From Cystobasidiomycetes sp. EMM_F5 (Eukaryota), in the NCBI GenBank assembly GCA_051047955.1, contig JBPGPT010000002.1, positions 62,001 through 126,000 on the forward strand: a stretch of 64,000 nucleotides of DNA. The letters are read 5' to 3'. The notes beneath the pieces are model-generated. The model was not told the origin of the DNA. It worked only from the letters and a program-made list of their open reading frames with translations, and ran no database searches. A program made the position numbers and the translations under genes. Positions 37,777 to 50,000 of the stretch are shown here, one piece after another. How positions within the stretch are numbered: position 1 is the stretch's first letter; the number at the start of each line of letters is the position of its first letter.

Positions 37777-38694
37777 ATGAACACAATCGTTGATGCCGTT
37801 ACCGCTGCTACTTCGTCAGCGCCCTCCTCCGCCGCTTTCTTCAAAGCTGTAGAAGGCCGACGAACCTACTACGGCATAAAGAATGAGTCTCCCATCTCAG
37901 ATGAGAAGCTTCGCAGGTAAGTGATGCCTGCGGCAGTCGTTGGTCGCCTCGACTAAGTTTGGCAGTGGCATCGTGCGTGCTGCAGCTTGGTTTATGAGGC
38001 GGTCAAGCACACTCCGTCCGCCTTCAACATGCAAACAAGCCGAGCCGTTATCTTTTTGCACGACTCGAGTATCAAAGTGAGCCATGTTTCGACGGATAAA
38101 AGAGAGGTGCACACTGATTGCAAATCAATATACACAAGGTTTGGGACGTTGTTGCCGAAGAATTCTTGAAGACGCTCGGCGGCGATGGTAAGCCATCTGC
38201 TGTATCTTTTCTTCAATATCACTGATCAGGTCGGCCGATCCAGAGGACCAGATCAAGACCAACAAGGGCAAAATTGAAGGTTACAAATCTGGCTACGGCA
38301 CCATCGCATTCTTCGAGGATCAGGATGTCCTGAAGGGCTGGTGCAGCAAGATGCCGCACTTCTCCGAGGCTTTTAATACCTGGTCCGGCAATTCGACTGG
38401 TATGCTGCAGTACGTTGTCTGGACTGCACTCGAGGCCGAGGGATTCGGGGCAAGGTAGAAGAAATCATTCCTCCCTGCACAGCTGCATTGCGTGCTGACT
38501 TGCCATTCCTCAGTCTGCAACATCACTTCTCCTACTCGCAGGCTATCCCTCCTGCCGTATCGAAGGCTTTTTCGAACATTCCTGAGAGCTGGAAGTGCAC
38601 GGCCCTCATGCCGTTTGGCTTACCTGCGGGTCCAGCAGGTACCGGCCATCCAAAGACTTTCGACAAGCTCGATGAGCGGGTCCTTGTACTCTAA
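37777..38694 (+). CDS. Nitroreductase-like protein (Frm2/Hbn1 family), copy 1
   Basis: RRTYYGI, KHTPSAFNMQTSRAV, GYGTIAFFED, GMLQYVVWTALEAEGFGASLQH, IPESWKCTALMPFG; five introns. Confidence 0.9.
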
Positions 38695-38943
38695 ATCTAT
38701 ACATAGCCGGCAGAAGCAGTCCGGGTGAATTAGCGTTTTCCAGTGTATACTGCCGAGACTCTCTAAACCAAAGAAACGAATTAGACACATACACTAGAGA
38801 GTGTCACTTGTTAGATGAGATGCATTACAAGTAATAGGTACAAATATCCGTATGCTAGAGGGTGAATACTACGGGGATGATTACAATACGACCTTTGCGC
38901 ATGAGTACCTTCAATTACATGACGAAGAGTATAGCCGGCTTGC

Positions 38944-39604
38944 TTATGCTATTGGCACGCTGCGTCTTCCTGCTGCCTGCCCAAGCTTCGGGATGACCAG
39001 CCTCAGAATGCCATCTTCGAGTTTCGCCTCAACCTTTTCCACATCAACGGGCCGAGGGAATCGCTGGAAGAGAGATGAATGTCAGCATCAATGCAGTAAT
39101 AGTGACAAGAGTACGAGGGACAGAGCTTACGTAAGTGCTAGAGAATGTGTTGTAGTTGGAGGCGCTGGCCCAAGGTGATGCAATTGGAGTGGGTGTTGTC
39201 TCCGCTGTCTGAAGTACCGATGATGCATTTGCTTCGGCGACCGCAGGATTCCCTTCATTGACAGCTGAAGTCGGTGAGCCCTCGCTTGCAATTTCAGTTG
39301 TGGGGGCTGAAGGAGCTGCCCTTGTTCCTCTTGATCCGGTGATGTGTAGCACTTCGCCTCCATCGGCAAACTCAACCTTGACGTCCTGCTTCTTTACGCC
39401 CGGTAGTTCGGCTTCGACATAGTAGCTATTGCCTTCCTCCTTGACAGATGACTTGGGAGTGGAGGCGAGATCCTCGAGGAAGCGTGGGTTGGTGAATGGA
39501 CCGGAGCTAGGGTAAAGTGCGCGGTGACCGTTGGTGAAGAAGGGGTCTTCCAATAGTCGGAAGGCACCTCTTAGATCGTTGAATAGTGCGCGGGAAAGGG
39601 CCAT
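38944..39604 (-). CDS. Small heat shock protein (HSP20/alpha-crystallin)
   Basis: VEAELPGVKKQDVKVEF...LHITG, then spliced FSSTYRFPRPVDVEKVEAKLEDGILRLVIPK...RSVPIA*. Confidence 0.92.
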
Positions 39605-39762
39605 GTTTGTTTAGGGTAAGTTGTATGTGTACGTGAAATAGGAGGTAGGTGGGTAGCGAAGATGATAGCTTCTTTGGGTGAGTTAGAGGAAGAGTGTGCT
39701 TCACCCTTGATGGCTATTTATGCTGTTTCGTGCATCGCTGATGAAGCTGCTCATATCAACCG

Positions 39763-39800
39763 GAATGATCTGGATCTTTCTCGCAAAGCGGCGAAGCTTC
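39763..39800. promoter_or_regulatory. Heat shock element (phased nGAAn/nTTCn array) upstream of the HSP20 gene
   Basis: Core triplets at exact 5-bp spacing: GAA39763, ATC39768, GAT39773, TTC39778, GCA39783, GCG39788, GAA39793, TTC39798. A TATA-like CATAAATA lies on the minus strand at 39715-39722, between it and the HSP20 ATG. Confidence 0.7.
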
Positions 39801-40010
39801 TCAGCTTCCGCTTACGCGGCCATTCAGTGAGTCGGGCAAGTGCTCGAGTTAGTAAAGTTGGCTGTGCCGGATAGACACGTCAGTGCTTGCGGCGTCAGTG
39901 GATATGGCTGCCGTTACATTGTTCGATCAGCAGCAGTCCGAGTCCAGATCAGTCAATCAGCTAGTAACCAGCGTGTGAGGACCTCGCTTCATGCCGATGC
40001 CTCCCATACG

Positions 40011-40877
40011 ATGACCAGCAATACCATGCCACCCGCTGTGGTGGACAGGCTGGTGTCGGTCCATGGCAAACTGTTGCAGCTGGTCGAAGCCATGACGGAG
40101 CTGCAAGGTCAGATTGAATACGGAGGAGCTGACGGCATGATGAGCTGGTGAGGCTGTCGGGATAGGGCACGAATAACGACAGCAGACGTTAATATTTGAT
40201 ATGACCCATGCAACTTTATGCCTTCCACAGGCAAGACATCCTGGCTAAATACTCTCTGCTGACGAGCTACACGCACTCGGTCTTTGACCTCCTCGTCAGT
40301 CCACCCTCAGTCGGCAAAGCCATTGAAGCACAGAAGGCCGCTCTGGGCGTCGAGAAACCTGCATACAGGAATCGCGAAGAGCAGAGACTGTATCTGCAAC
40401 AAGAGGCACAGGCGTGGAAACGCACATTGGCACAGTGTCTGGTGCACCCTGGCACGACGGTGGAGCAGGAGAGGGACTTTATCGTCGGAGTTCTACTGCG
40501 CACTAAGCAGGTTGGTAGGCTTTCCTTGGATCAACAATGTGAATTACTAAAAAGCGGGATTTCCGGCGCAGATTCCGGAAATTGAAGCCCAAGAAGCAAC
40601 TTTACTACAGAGTATTCCACCCACATCCAACCCGACAGAACTCTATAGCAAACTGAAGTCTCATGAAGATCTGTCCACTCGTGCTCTGGCAGCCTGCAAA
40701 CGTCTCCGCAACGGAATAGACGAACGGGAATTCCAATGGAAGACCAGAGCAGTTGCAGATGATGACGAAGATGATCATGACGACGATGATCTCAAGCCAC
40801 CGAGAGAGACACACCAGCCCAAGTATTCGACGGAGGAACTTGTACGATACATGCAAACCGGGGTCTTGCCGCGGTAA
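40011..40877 (+). CDS. MED8: Mediator subunit Med8
   Basis: Spliced MMSW|QDILAKYSLL, VHP, IVGVLLRTKQ|IPEIE (LLRTK-PE motif), acidic tract, C-terminal EELVRYMQTG. Confidence 0.75.
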
Positions 40878-41808
40878 TCGAATGCTGCACTCATCACAGC
40901 AAAACTTGGTAGACCTATTCGCACTGGAGGCTCAGAGATGCCGACATCGCGTCACGCATACTTGCGCATGCATTCAAGCTTGTCAATACGGATCGTTGAA
41001 ACGCCCATCTCGCCTAGGTACGAATAGCCTTATGTATGATTGTATGCCAGAAGACATGGCGGCATCGCCCGGAGGAGGATCTCCTTCACTCGACAACATG
41101 CTTCGTCATCTGCAAGCCGCGATGTGGACAGCCATAGCCGGTTAGGGGGCTCTCAATAGTAAAGGTTCGTACAACATGAGCAAACTTTCGTCCTCTGGCG
41201 GTCTCAGCTGCATCAGCGGCAACAGTACAGATACGACTGCGTCCAGCAAGCGATCTAGAGCTATAAGTTTCTACTTGCGTGCTAACCACGCAGGTCATTG
41301 CAGGACAATGCTGCTGCTGCCCGTAACAACGGCGCAACTTCATCGTATACAGCTTGCGATCGATATCGGGCTTGACAGGGAGCCAGTACACTCGGCCGTG
41401 CGTATCGTGTAGCGAATAAATATTGAAGGAAGCCATGAACTGCGCTAGACGATACGACCAAGCAGATTCGCAACGATTATGACAGAGGCTCCTCCTGGAT
41501 CACTTTGTGATCACGTGTAAACAGCAGTGGCAAGATTTAAGATTCGACAATAGCGCTACCACGATACGCGGATCGAGTGTGACAAGGCTGATGCTCGCAC
41601 GATTTGTATGTGTGTTGAGCACATAGATGAGCAAGCAGCCAGCGTCACCGAGGAGCTGACGAAGGGTGATGACTATTTTTGGGCACCAGGACCTGACCGA
41701 AAGCAATGCGCTCATACACGTATACGACGTCGTCGCCAACTGACAGCAATTTGCTCGTCTCTTGTTCTTTCTTCATCTGCTGCTTCATCGTCCGCTGCGT
41801 AATCTATA

Positions 41809-42744
41809 ATGTCGAAGATCATAGACTCACTTTCAGGGCCCTCGTATGCTGCATTCTTTAAGGCTGTCGTCAATAGGCGAAGCTACCGTGGGATCAAGAA
41901 CGAGTCTCCCATCTCGAACGAAAAGTTACACAGGTAGTCGTTTCACGCATTGTACTATTGGCTTGCGCTGATCGTTTCTGACTTATTGCTTAGCCTAATA
42001 CATGAATCGGTCATGCACACCCCTTCCGCTTTCAACATGCAAACTAGTCGAGCAGTCGTCTTCTTGCATGACGCAAGTGTTAAGGTGAATTGCGTGATGA
42101 AGCAGGCACCAGCGGTGTGACTACTTAGCCGAAATGCTGATATTTGCCGTATACTGACAAGGTGTGGGATATCATCGCCGAGGAATACTTGAAGACCCTA
42201 GGTGGAGATGGTATGCGCATTTGTAAAACTGCTTCACAAACGCAAGATCTGAAATGCCGTCCTTCTTTTTCCAGAGGAACAAATCAAGACCCACACCAAG
42301 AAGATCGATGGCTACAAAGCTGGATATGGTTCGATCGTGTTCTTTGAGGACCAGAATATAATCAAGGAGTGGAGCAAGAAGATGCCACAATTTACCGAAT
42401 CAATCTTCAATACCTGGTCTGGCAATTCGACCGGTATGTTGCAATTCGTCGTCTGGACAGCCCTCGAGACCGAAGGGTTCGGTGCGAGGTACGAATTAGC
42501 CTCCTTCGCGCATGTACTCGAACGATGGACGCTGAAATTTTTGACTTTATCTGTATACAGCCTTCAGCACCACTTCTCCTATTCGGAGGCCATTCATCCG
42601 GCCGTCAGCAAAGCCTTCCCGCAGATACCGACTACCTGGAAATGTACCGCCATCATGCCGTTCGGTGTACCGACCGGTCCCGCAGATGTTCCCGGTCACA
42701 CAAAGACCTTTGACAAGCTCGACGAGCGCGTCGTCTTCATCTGA
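41809..42744 (+). CDS. Nitroreductase-like protein (Frm2/Hbn1 family), copy 2
   Basis: RRSYRGI, MHTPSAFNMQTSRAV, GYGSIVFFED, GMLQFVVWTALETEGFGASLQH, WKCTAIMPFG; same intron positions as copy 1. Confidence 0.9.
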
Positions 42745-43069
42745 GACGTAGCACAGCATTTCTAGCCTAGACTGAGCATTTCTGAACCTTGTTGATTGTT
42801 TACCGTACGCTGCATTGCTAGGTACCAGAAGCATAATGTCATCATATACTCCACAAGTCCGCCGAGATCTTCATACTTTCTGTACGCAATGCTGATTTTG
42901 CCTTGATTGTACACAAGGCGTGAAACACAGGGCACACTCGAATAAAAGAAAAGGCCTCCCGCATTATCGTGTGACAATCGAATACGCGATTACAACAGCG
43001 ATAAGCAAGGTACATCGCGCGGCTCATACGTGTATGCGAGCGACGAAAGGTCTGTCATGCTGAACCTGA

Positions 43070-43135
43070 TACTTCTGTTCCGCTATAGCTCTCCAGTAAT
43101 ACTACTTCCGTTCCGGTATGACTCTCCAGTAATAC
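43070..43135. repeat. Imperfect 33-bp tandem duplication (2 copies plus partial)
   Basis: tacttctgttccgctatagctctccagtaatac (43070-43102) followed by tacttccgttccggtatgactctccagtaatac (43103-43135), then tacg. Confidence 0.85.
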
Positions 43136-43178
43136 TACGTTCGTCGACTCAGTGTAGCCGAAAAGTCTTGCTCAAAGT

Positions 43179-45628
43179 TCAAGAATGTTGCGAAACGGCT
43201 GGGGATAGTGGCGTAGGTGTAGATTGACCGGAAGCACTCTCCGTTTGAAGAGATGCAGCGGAGCTCCTTGACGTAGCACCGGTTGGAACATGCGACGTAC
43301 TCTGCCCCTGTTGCTGGCGTTGCGAATTCTTCGAGCCGAGACTGATGCCAGCCAGAGCAAATCCGCTTTTACCACGCGTTGGCACCGGATTCATGGGAGT
43401 CATGCTATCCACTGCTCCGAAAGAGAAGCGCATCTGTAGGAGACTTGTTTTCAGCCAATTGTCGATCGATCGTCAAGAATCACTGCAGCTCGACCCACGC
43501 CCGGTCCTCTGCCTGTACTTCTAACGCTCCCGCTCACGCTTGCAGACTCTCCATCCTCGCTCTCGAATACTGCATAATTATCATAGTCTCTGTACTTTTG
43601 CGGGCTTAGATGTGTCTGCTGAGCATCTGCATGCATTCCCAGTCCGACAGGAGGAAGAGAAGGCCCTGACGTTCCGCTAGAACCTGCATGACCTGCTGGT
43701 AAAGGTCCTAATCCATTTGCAGAAGAAGGAGAGATGCTGTACCCTGATAGCATGGGTGATACAGCAGGAATAGACGATGATAACGATGATGTGGACAATG
43801 CCGAGCTTCCGAGAGGTTGAAGGTATGGCGACATATTCCCTGTTGGTAACCTGCCGTTTGCCGAGGAAGTAGGAAGGAGATGTCCGACTTCCACTCGATG
43901 AGTCGAGCCATATCCAGGACTAGGGTTTACTAAACTCGTAGCATTCGGACCGAGTGCAAATCCTCCTCCCGCACCTGCGCCTCCTACACCCAACGACGCC
44001 GACAGAGGTTGCTGTGGCTGTTCATCATTTCTGTTGGGTCGTTCAGGCGAGTCATCAACCACTGCGCTCCTCTCGCCCGAATTATCCCGCGAAGAGGACA
44101 CGGATAACGAATCGTTTGTCAAGTTTGGCGTAGAAGGTGTATGTGACGAAGTAAATGTATCGCATGCAGAATCTTCAGCGATAGAAGACATGGCGAATGA
44201 TCTTCTGAAATTCGATCCCCCTGAGCTGGTACGGCGGTGCATCCTGCTTGATGAAGGAGATGCAGCTGGAGACGCAGCTGTACTACTGATACTAGCTGGC
44301 GAAGAGGTTCCACTGTAAGACGTTGCGTTTGACGAGAGTGGAATAGGCTGATGGGACGTGAGTGAGAAGTTGGAGAATGTGCTTGAAGATGGTAAAGCGG
44401 GACCGAGTGACGCTGGAGGTCGTGCTGGAGATGTGTCGTGTCGTAGGCCAATAGGTATGGAGCGAGGAGAATGGCCTGGAATAGCAGGAGCGTTACTCAA
44501 CTGCGCGCTGAGGAGGGACACTGTCTGTGGTTGAGCTTGATTCGCAGACGAGGGCGCCAGAGTGACAGGAGGCTGAGGAGATGGAGATCTTAGATCCATA
44601 GTGAATGCAGGAGGTGGTATTCTGCTTCGTCCCGAGGGTGTGACAGTTCCACTTGGTGCATTCCCACTGGATCCGCTGTAAGTTCTCAGTATTTCTCGTG
44701 GGGAAGGCTGGTTGATAAAGTAGGAAGATCTCGAGTCGATACCAGGAGTAGCATCTACGTCAACGAGCGAAGAGTCTAGCTCGTGTTCCGGCATGATGAT
44801 GTCGCTCGAGAGTGGCTCGTATCGGTCACCACCCCGCTCGTCGTCGACATCTACGCCAAGACACGCTCTCAGACGCTCCCATAGTACTGCAGACCGAGGG
44901 TAGACGTGGGCTTTGAGTATATCGATCCAGTCTTGGTCGCAGAGGTCTGTGCGGGGAATCCGGAAATGCGCCTGCAGGTCATCGTATGTCCATCGCAAGC
45001 CAGACGACACTGACGCATCAACGAGTGAATGAGTTCCAGAGGTGCCTGAAGGAGAATGGTCACTACTGCTGTTGCCCTTTCTCTTGAAAATCTCGAGTAG
45101 CGTGTCGAGCAGTGGCTGATTGATGGGGACATTCTCGAGTAGGTCGACCACTTCAGCAGGCCTGTCTGAGAATGGCAAGAGAATATCTGCATCGATTGCA
45201 CGCATGCTCGCTGGTGTCTGTGCTGCCGTTGCGCATGGAGATGCTGCTCCATCTACCTGTGACGTTGTTTGTGCTAGTGATTCAGACGCAGTAGCCGCGT
45301 CGGGTGAGAAGGCAGAGAGTGATGGGAGGTTAATATCCACTGGTGAAGCAGTTGTCGGCGAAGTAGGCAGTCCTAGTTTTGCAAAGACTGATGCTGCGTT
45401 GAGTTGCTGCACGCTGCCTGCTCTCACTCGAGATTGGGATCCGACGCTGGCGCTGCTCGACGCTACAGAAGCGTTACGAGCGTGCGAGTGGGTCATGCCG
45501 TTGTTCGCGTTGTCGCCGTTGATGCCATGGAGGATTGCAGTGGTGCCCGACGACGATGATAACGATGGCCTTCGCTGCTGCTGTCCGAGTGCATAGCCTC
45601 CGCCAGGCGTGCGACTGCCGCCGCTCAT
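43179..45628 (-). CDS. Ser/Pro-rich, largely disordered hypothetical protein with one small globular island
   Basis: 725-aa ORF plus a final exon (43179-43433) after acceptor ctacag; ordered segment ILLPFSDRPAEVVDLLE...WIDILKAHVYPRSAVLWERLRACLGV. Confidence 0.7.
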
Positions 45629-47086
45629 GATGGGTGTGCTCGCTGTCCACTGCTGGTCTCCAGACGCCGACAGCTGAGAGCTTCAAGTTGAGCTCAAGAT
45701 TGATTGACCGAGTTGCGATAGACCACTCACTCTGCGTGTAAGGGCAGCCATGACGGGTACGCCGGTCAGGCAACGTATGCAAGTCAGACAATGGCTTCAA
45801 GTTGTCCACAGCCTATCATTGCACGCTCTCAGCTCGTTAATCCACAAACACAATGCGCTACATTTCGACAGTTCGAGTGACATCTCGGCATCTCGTAATC
45901 CTATTTCAGAAGCTAAAGTCACGGGGGTTGACTTTAGTCCGGGGCACCATTTATCCCCAACCTCACTTTTCAGCTTTTCAGATTCAAGAGATAGTGGCAC
46001 TGCATGATCCGTTGAGCTGGTTCACCTTCTGAGTTATCGAAAGTTGGGAAGATTCTGAGTCTATCGCGCTCATACCTACTGATGGCTGGATTGGCTTCCT
46101 GGCGCTGATACAATGGGTGGAGTGTAAAGCAGCTCAAGCTATGACCAAGTGACATTCTGACCCAAGTAGCATTAGTGACCATCTCGGAAGAAGAGCTGCC
46201 CAGGTAAATACGAGGCACTGCTGACAGAGCGAATTGCAGAACTGGGGATCCGGGACATGTTCGTCTGAATGCACATAAGAAGTAACTTATAGTGTGAAAG
46301 AGCGTGTCCGTGATACTGTTACAAGGCTCGTCCATAACCAGGAATGAAAATGTGGACATAGTTGTAATGAAAGCCAGGGTTGCCTTGAATGGGACTCTGT
46401 CATGGCCAGTAGTGGTAAATATCCGAGCGGTATTCTGATGTGAGGCGTTCATATCGCTGCCAGTAGCCGCCGAAATGATGCTTCCGCTGTAAGGCCAAGC
46501 AGTAGTAGTAGCTAGTTTATGTGTTGTATACTAGATCACACTGTGACGCGTCCAATGCGGGTTTCATTGGCAGTGTGGATATCAATAGAGAGATGAAGAG
46601 GTTATGTGGGAGTAGTCAGCTGCACAGCGTGGCATATTCTGACATACCTGCTTTATGTTCGCATTCGCGAGCCCGATCACGTGGTCGGCGTCAATGAAAA
46701 GAACAAGCAGCGACAAAGAGCCTTTGAACGTCTTTCAAGCAAGCAGTACTCATGACTCGCAGTATGCCATTAATGAATCAGTAACACATCATCATCAAGC
46801 ACCACGTTCATCACAACAGCCAGCAGTCGGCCACGCCCATTCAACTTCGACTAGAGACGAGCGCAGATTCACACAACAAGCACCAGCGCCAGCATCCAGT
46901 CACAACGAATCAACATAAGTCGATAATAGGCATTCCTGTGCGCCATCGCTAGTGTTCAGTGTTGAAGCTTCCCACCAGCCTCAGCGCCAGCCAGGTCCAC
47001 GATAAACAAGACGGCGAGCGAGTAGGGCGTCTCGAGGAGTCGAGCGGCAGGACGGAAAAGAGCTGGCGGGTCACAACAAGGACACA

Positions 47087-50000
47087 ATGTCGATTTCACC
47101 TGCCACTGCTGTTATGGCCTCGCCCTCGCTCTCTGCTTCGACTTCAGTCTGCCCTTCGCCATCTTTTTCATCATCGGCCTCATCGTCGTCTTCTTGTGCA
47201 ACTGCCAGCACCAGCGCGAGCACTCTTTGGGATTGCACTATTACTCCCGTAAAGCGTCCTCGAAAGGCAGCCATCTCCTCATCGTCGACGGCGGCATCGA
47301 GACATCCCCACTTTGATCCGCAACAACAGTCGCAGTTGCCACACTACGCCGACGCATCTTCACTCGCTCCCTGCACCCATCCATCCTGCTCTCTTCCTCT
47401 TCTTCGATCCGCGTCGACTTCTGCCTCGACTACCCCTCGAAAGTCAAAGCAGCCGAGTCCTGCAGGGATTGGAATTCGGTTGACACGTGAAGACAAGATG
47501 GATGACCAGTATTCATCCTTGGAGGAGGTTAGCCTCGGGTGTGGTAGACACATGCATGCAGAATGTGCTGACGACGTTTATACTTTCTTTCCTCTATGCC
47601 ATCCTTCTGCCTTTCATTTACAACCCCCTTACCCAAAATCATCGCATGATTGACTCTGTCTCATCATGCATCGCTTGCATACGCGTATCGGTGTCCTCTT
47701 GCATTGCAACACTCGCCAACTGCCTTGCTCGCGCGTGTCTGCTCTGCTTGCACCGACACGGTATTACGCAACACCGACCTCCTCGTCAACGCACTCCATA
47801 CTGATAGATGCTCTCCAAGAAAGGCTTCGAAAAGTGCAGAGTCGTCACACCGAAACACGAAAAGTTCCCATCGCTCGACATGTCCGACATTGACGATGAT
47901 GTAGCCACTCCCACACAACACAGTAAACAGGTACCTGCAACTACTGTCACTACCGCTCAGCCCATTCCTATCACGGAGAAGACTCTGAGCAAGAAGCACT
48001 CCCTCTTCTCGCTTGTTGGATCATACTGGAGTAGCACAAAGTCTGAGATGACAGACGCGAGACGCGATATATCAGCCCCGCGTGTCGCAGAAGTACATCC
48101 GGTTCAAGATGACGAGACGGACAGCGTCATCGAGGAAGTCGATGGTGCACTATGGAACCACTATCGAACTGTTACATCTACCAAGTATGCAGAGGTAGCG
48201 ACTTGGGCAAAACAAGCGGCTGTCTCTACTGAAATCTCGCAAGCCGACCTGGCGCGCCTGCGATCCGCTACGGCTATTACAGTCCCTAAGACTGTACGAC
48301 GTGTCCGTTCGATTACGCAAGAGCCGACTGGACCGAGATCTGCTCGAAGAATCCGAACAATGACTGTGGAGCTGGAACGCGATCGTTCAGTCGAATGCGA
48401 GGCTGATGACGACGAATCGAGCGAAAGCAAGCTCGTCAAGAGTCGGGATAGTACGGATAGCGCAACAGACGAGTCTCTTCCAATCAGCACTCCTACCTCG
48501 TCTCCTCCACTGTCTCGCAAAGTCTCGCAGGGCGCATTCTTCACCGAGAATGAAGGCATCACGTCGCTCGAGACGCTTCTCCAAGCTAGATATCGCAACA
48601 TCAAGGTTCTGAGACCAGACAACGATGATCATGCAGCATCGTATGGCGAGTCGGTCATGAATGATCTCGTCATGCCTGCCTTTCCCAACAAAGCATTGGA
48701 AGGATCATCTCCTTCTCCAAACGAGATTCGCCGTATCGATATCGAGACTCGGCACTATACACCCCCTCGACCAATGGTCGCCACTTCGCTTGGTGCTGTC
48801 GGCGCTCGGGATGACTTGGGACTGGCAGTCACTGCAACCTCCATCTTGAGATCCACACTGCGTAACGCTAAGTCAGAGGGCAATTTACGCGGATCTATAC
48901 GACCTGGCACTGTCTCTACGACCGCCGGAACAACAAGCATCAAACAGCATACTCTGTTTACGCGACCTTCGCTGTCGAGCCTTTTCAGCTTTGCATCGTC
49001 TCAACCCAGCCCCGTCATCAGGGAGGAGGAACAGATTCACCAGGCCCCGAAGTTGGCTATGCGGGTGCCAGATCTACCAGAAGCCGTTGTCGCACCTGAT
49101 GTCGAGCCAATCATGCCTACTGCACCGGAACCCATCGCTCGCCCTCCACCAAAGCTGATACGCAAAGCAGCTTCCTTCGCTACACTGCGCCAGGCTGCTT
49201 CTCCAGTTCTCACGGATCAGCCGGTAGATACCCTTTCGATGCCAATGACAGCTACGACAGCCAAAGGAAAAGGCAAAGCTACCACTCCAAAGAAGGTTGT
49301 CGCTTTTGCAGAACCTGCAACAGCAAGCACCTCGGCCTCCGCAAATAGTAGTGCACGCCAGTCGCCTCGTAAACCGGTCCTTGCACACAAGTCTACCAAT
49401 CAGGCCACCTCCCGAACGCCTTGCTCGGCAATGGCTAGTGGCCCGGCAAAAGGATTGACTGAACCTCCTAAAGTTCGTCTTCGAGCAGTCAAGAGTCTAG
49501 AAAATATTCTTGCTCAAGGTCAACGACAAGTTCAAGCCCAAGGAGCTACAGTCCAACGACAAGGAGGTACGGCTCGTGCATCGACCAGCTCGAACGCTGC
49601 TCAAATACAGCGTGGTCCGCTTCCGCCCTCTCATTCGTGCCCTGCTTCTCCGCCTGCTCCTGCAGCAGTACACTGGACAATCCGAGCACGCGAAGACGCC
49701 AAGAGAAATGCTGCAGAGGCGCGTGCTCGCAAGAAGCAGATTGAGCGAAATATCGCAGAGCTGCTCCGTGATGGCAAGCCAGAGCCGACTTGGACTGAAA
49801 GTCTGCGAGGCTATTTCGACTATGCAAAAGAGACTGCTGCCGACTGGACTACAAAGGCTCTTGCGACTGTGAATGGATCGACTGCAGCACCTGTCGAGCC
49901 GTTTGTCCCGAGATCACATAATGCTCCGCGTTTTGTCCCGACCGAAGATTTCTACCATGGTCAGCCAAGACGTGCTACGACTCTTGGACTGGATGTTGTC

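Noticed and set aside
20744..42744. Cryptic peroxisomal (PTS1) isoforms by readthrough in the GATases and nitroreductases
   Set aside because: None of the stops I checked has the TGA-CTA context, and the extensions I read through do not end in SKL-like tripeptides.
43070..43135. CRISPR-like repeat
   Set aside because: Only two directly adjacent copies, no spacers, no cas genes, and a eukaryotic context.
47487..47804. Cys-rich 105-aa ORF resembling a zinc finger (CIAC...CLLC)
   Set aside because: It lies almost entirely within the predicted 280-nt intron, starts at a non-ATG codon and lacks recognisable finger spacing.
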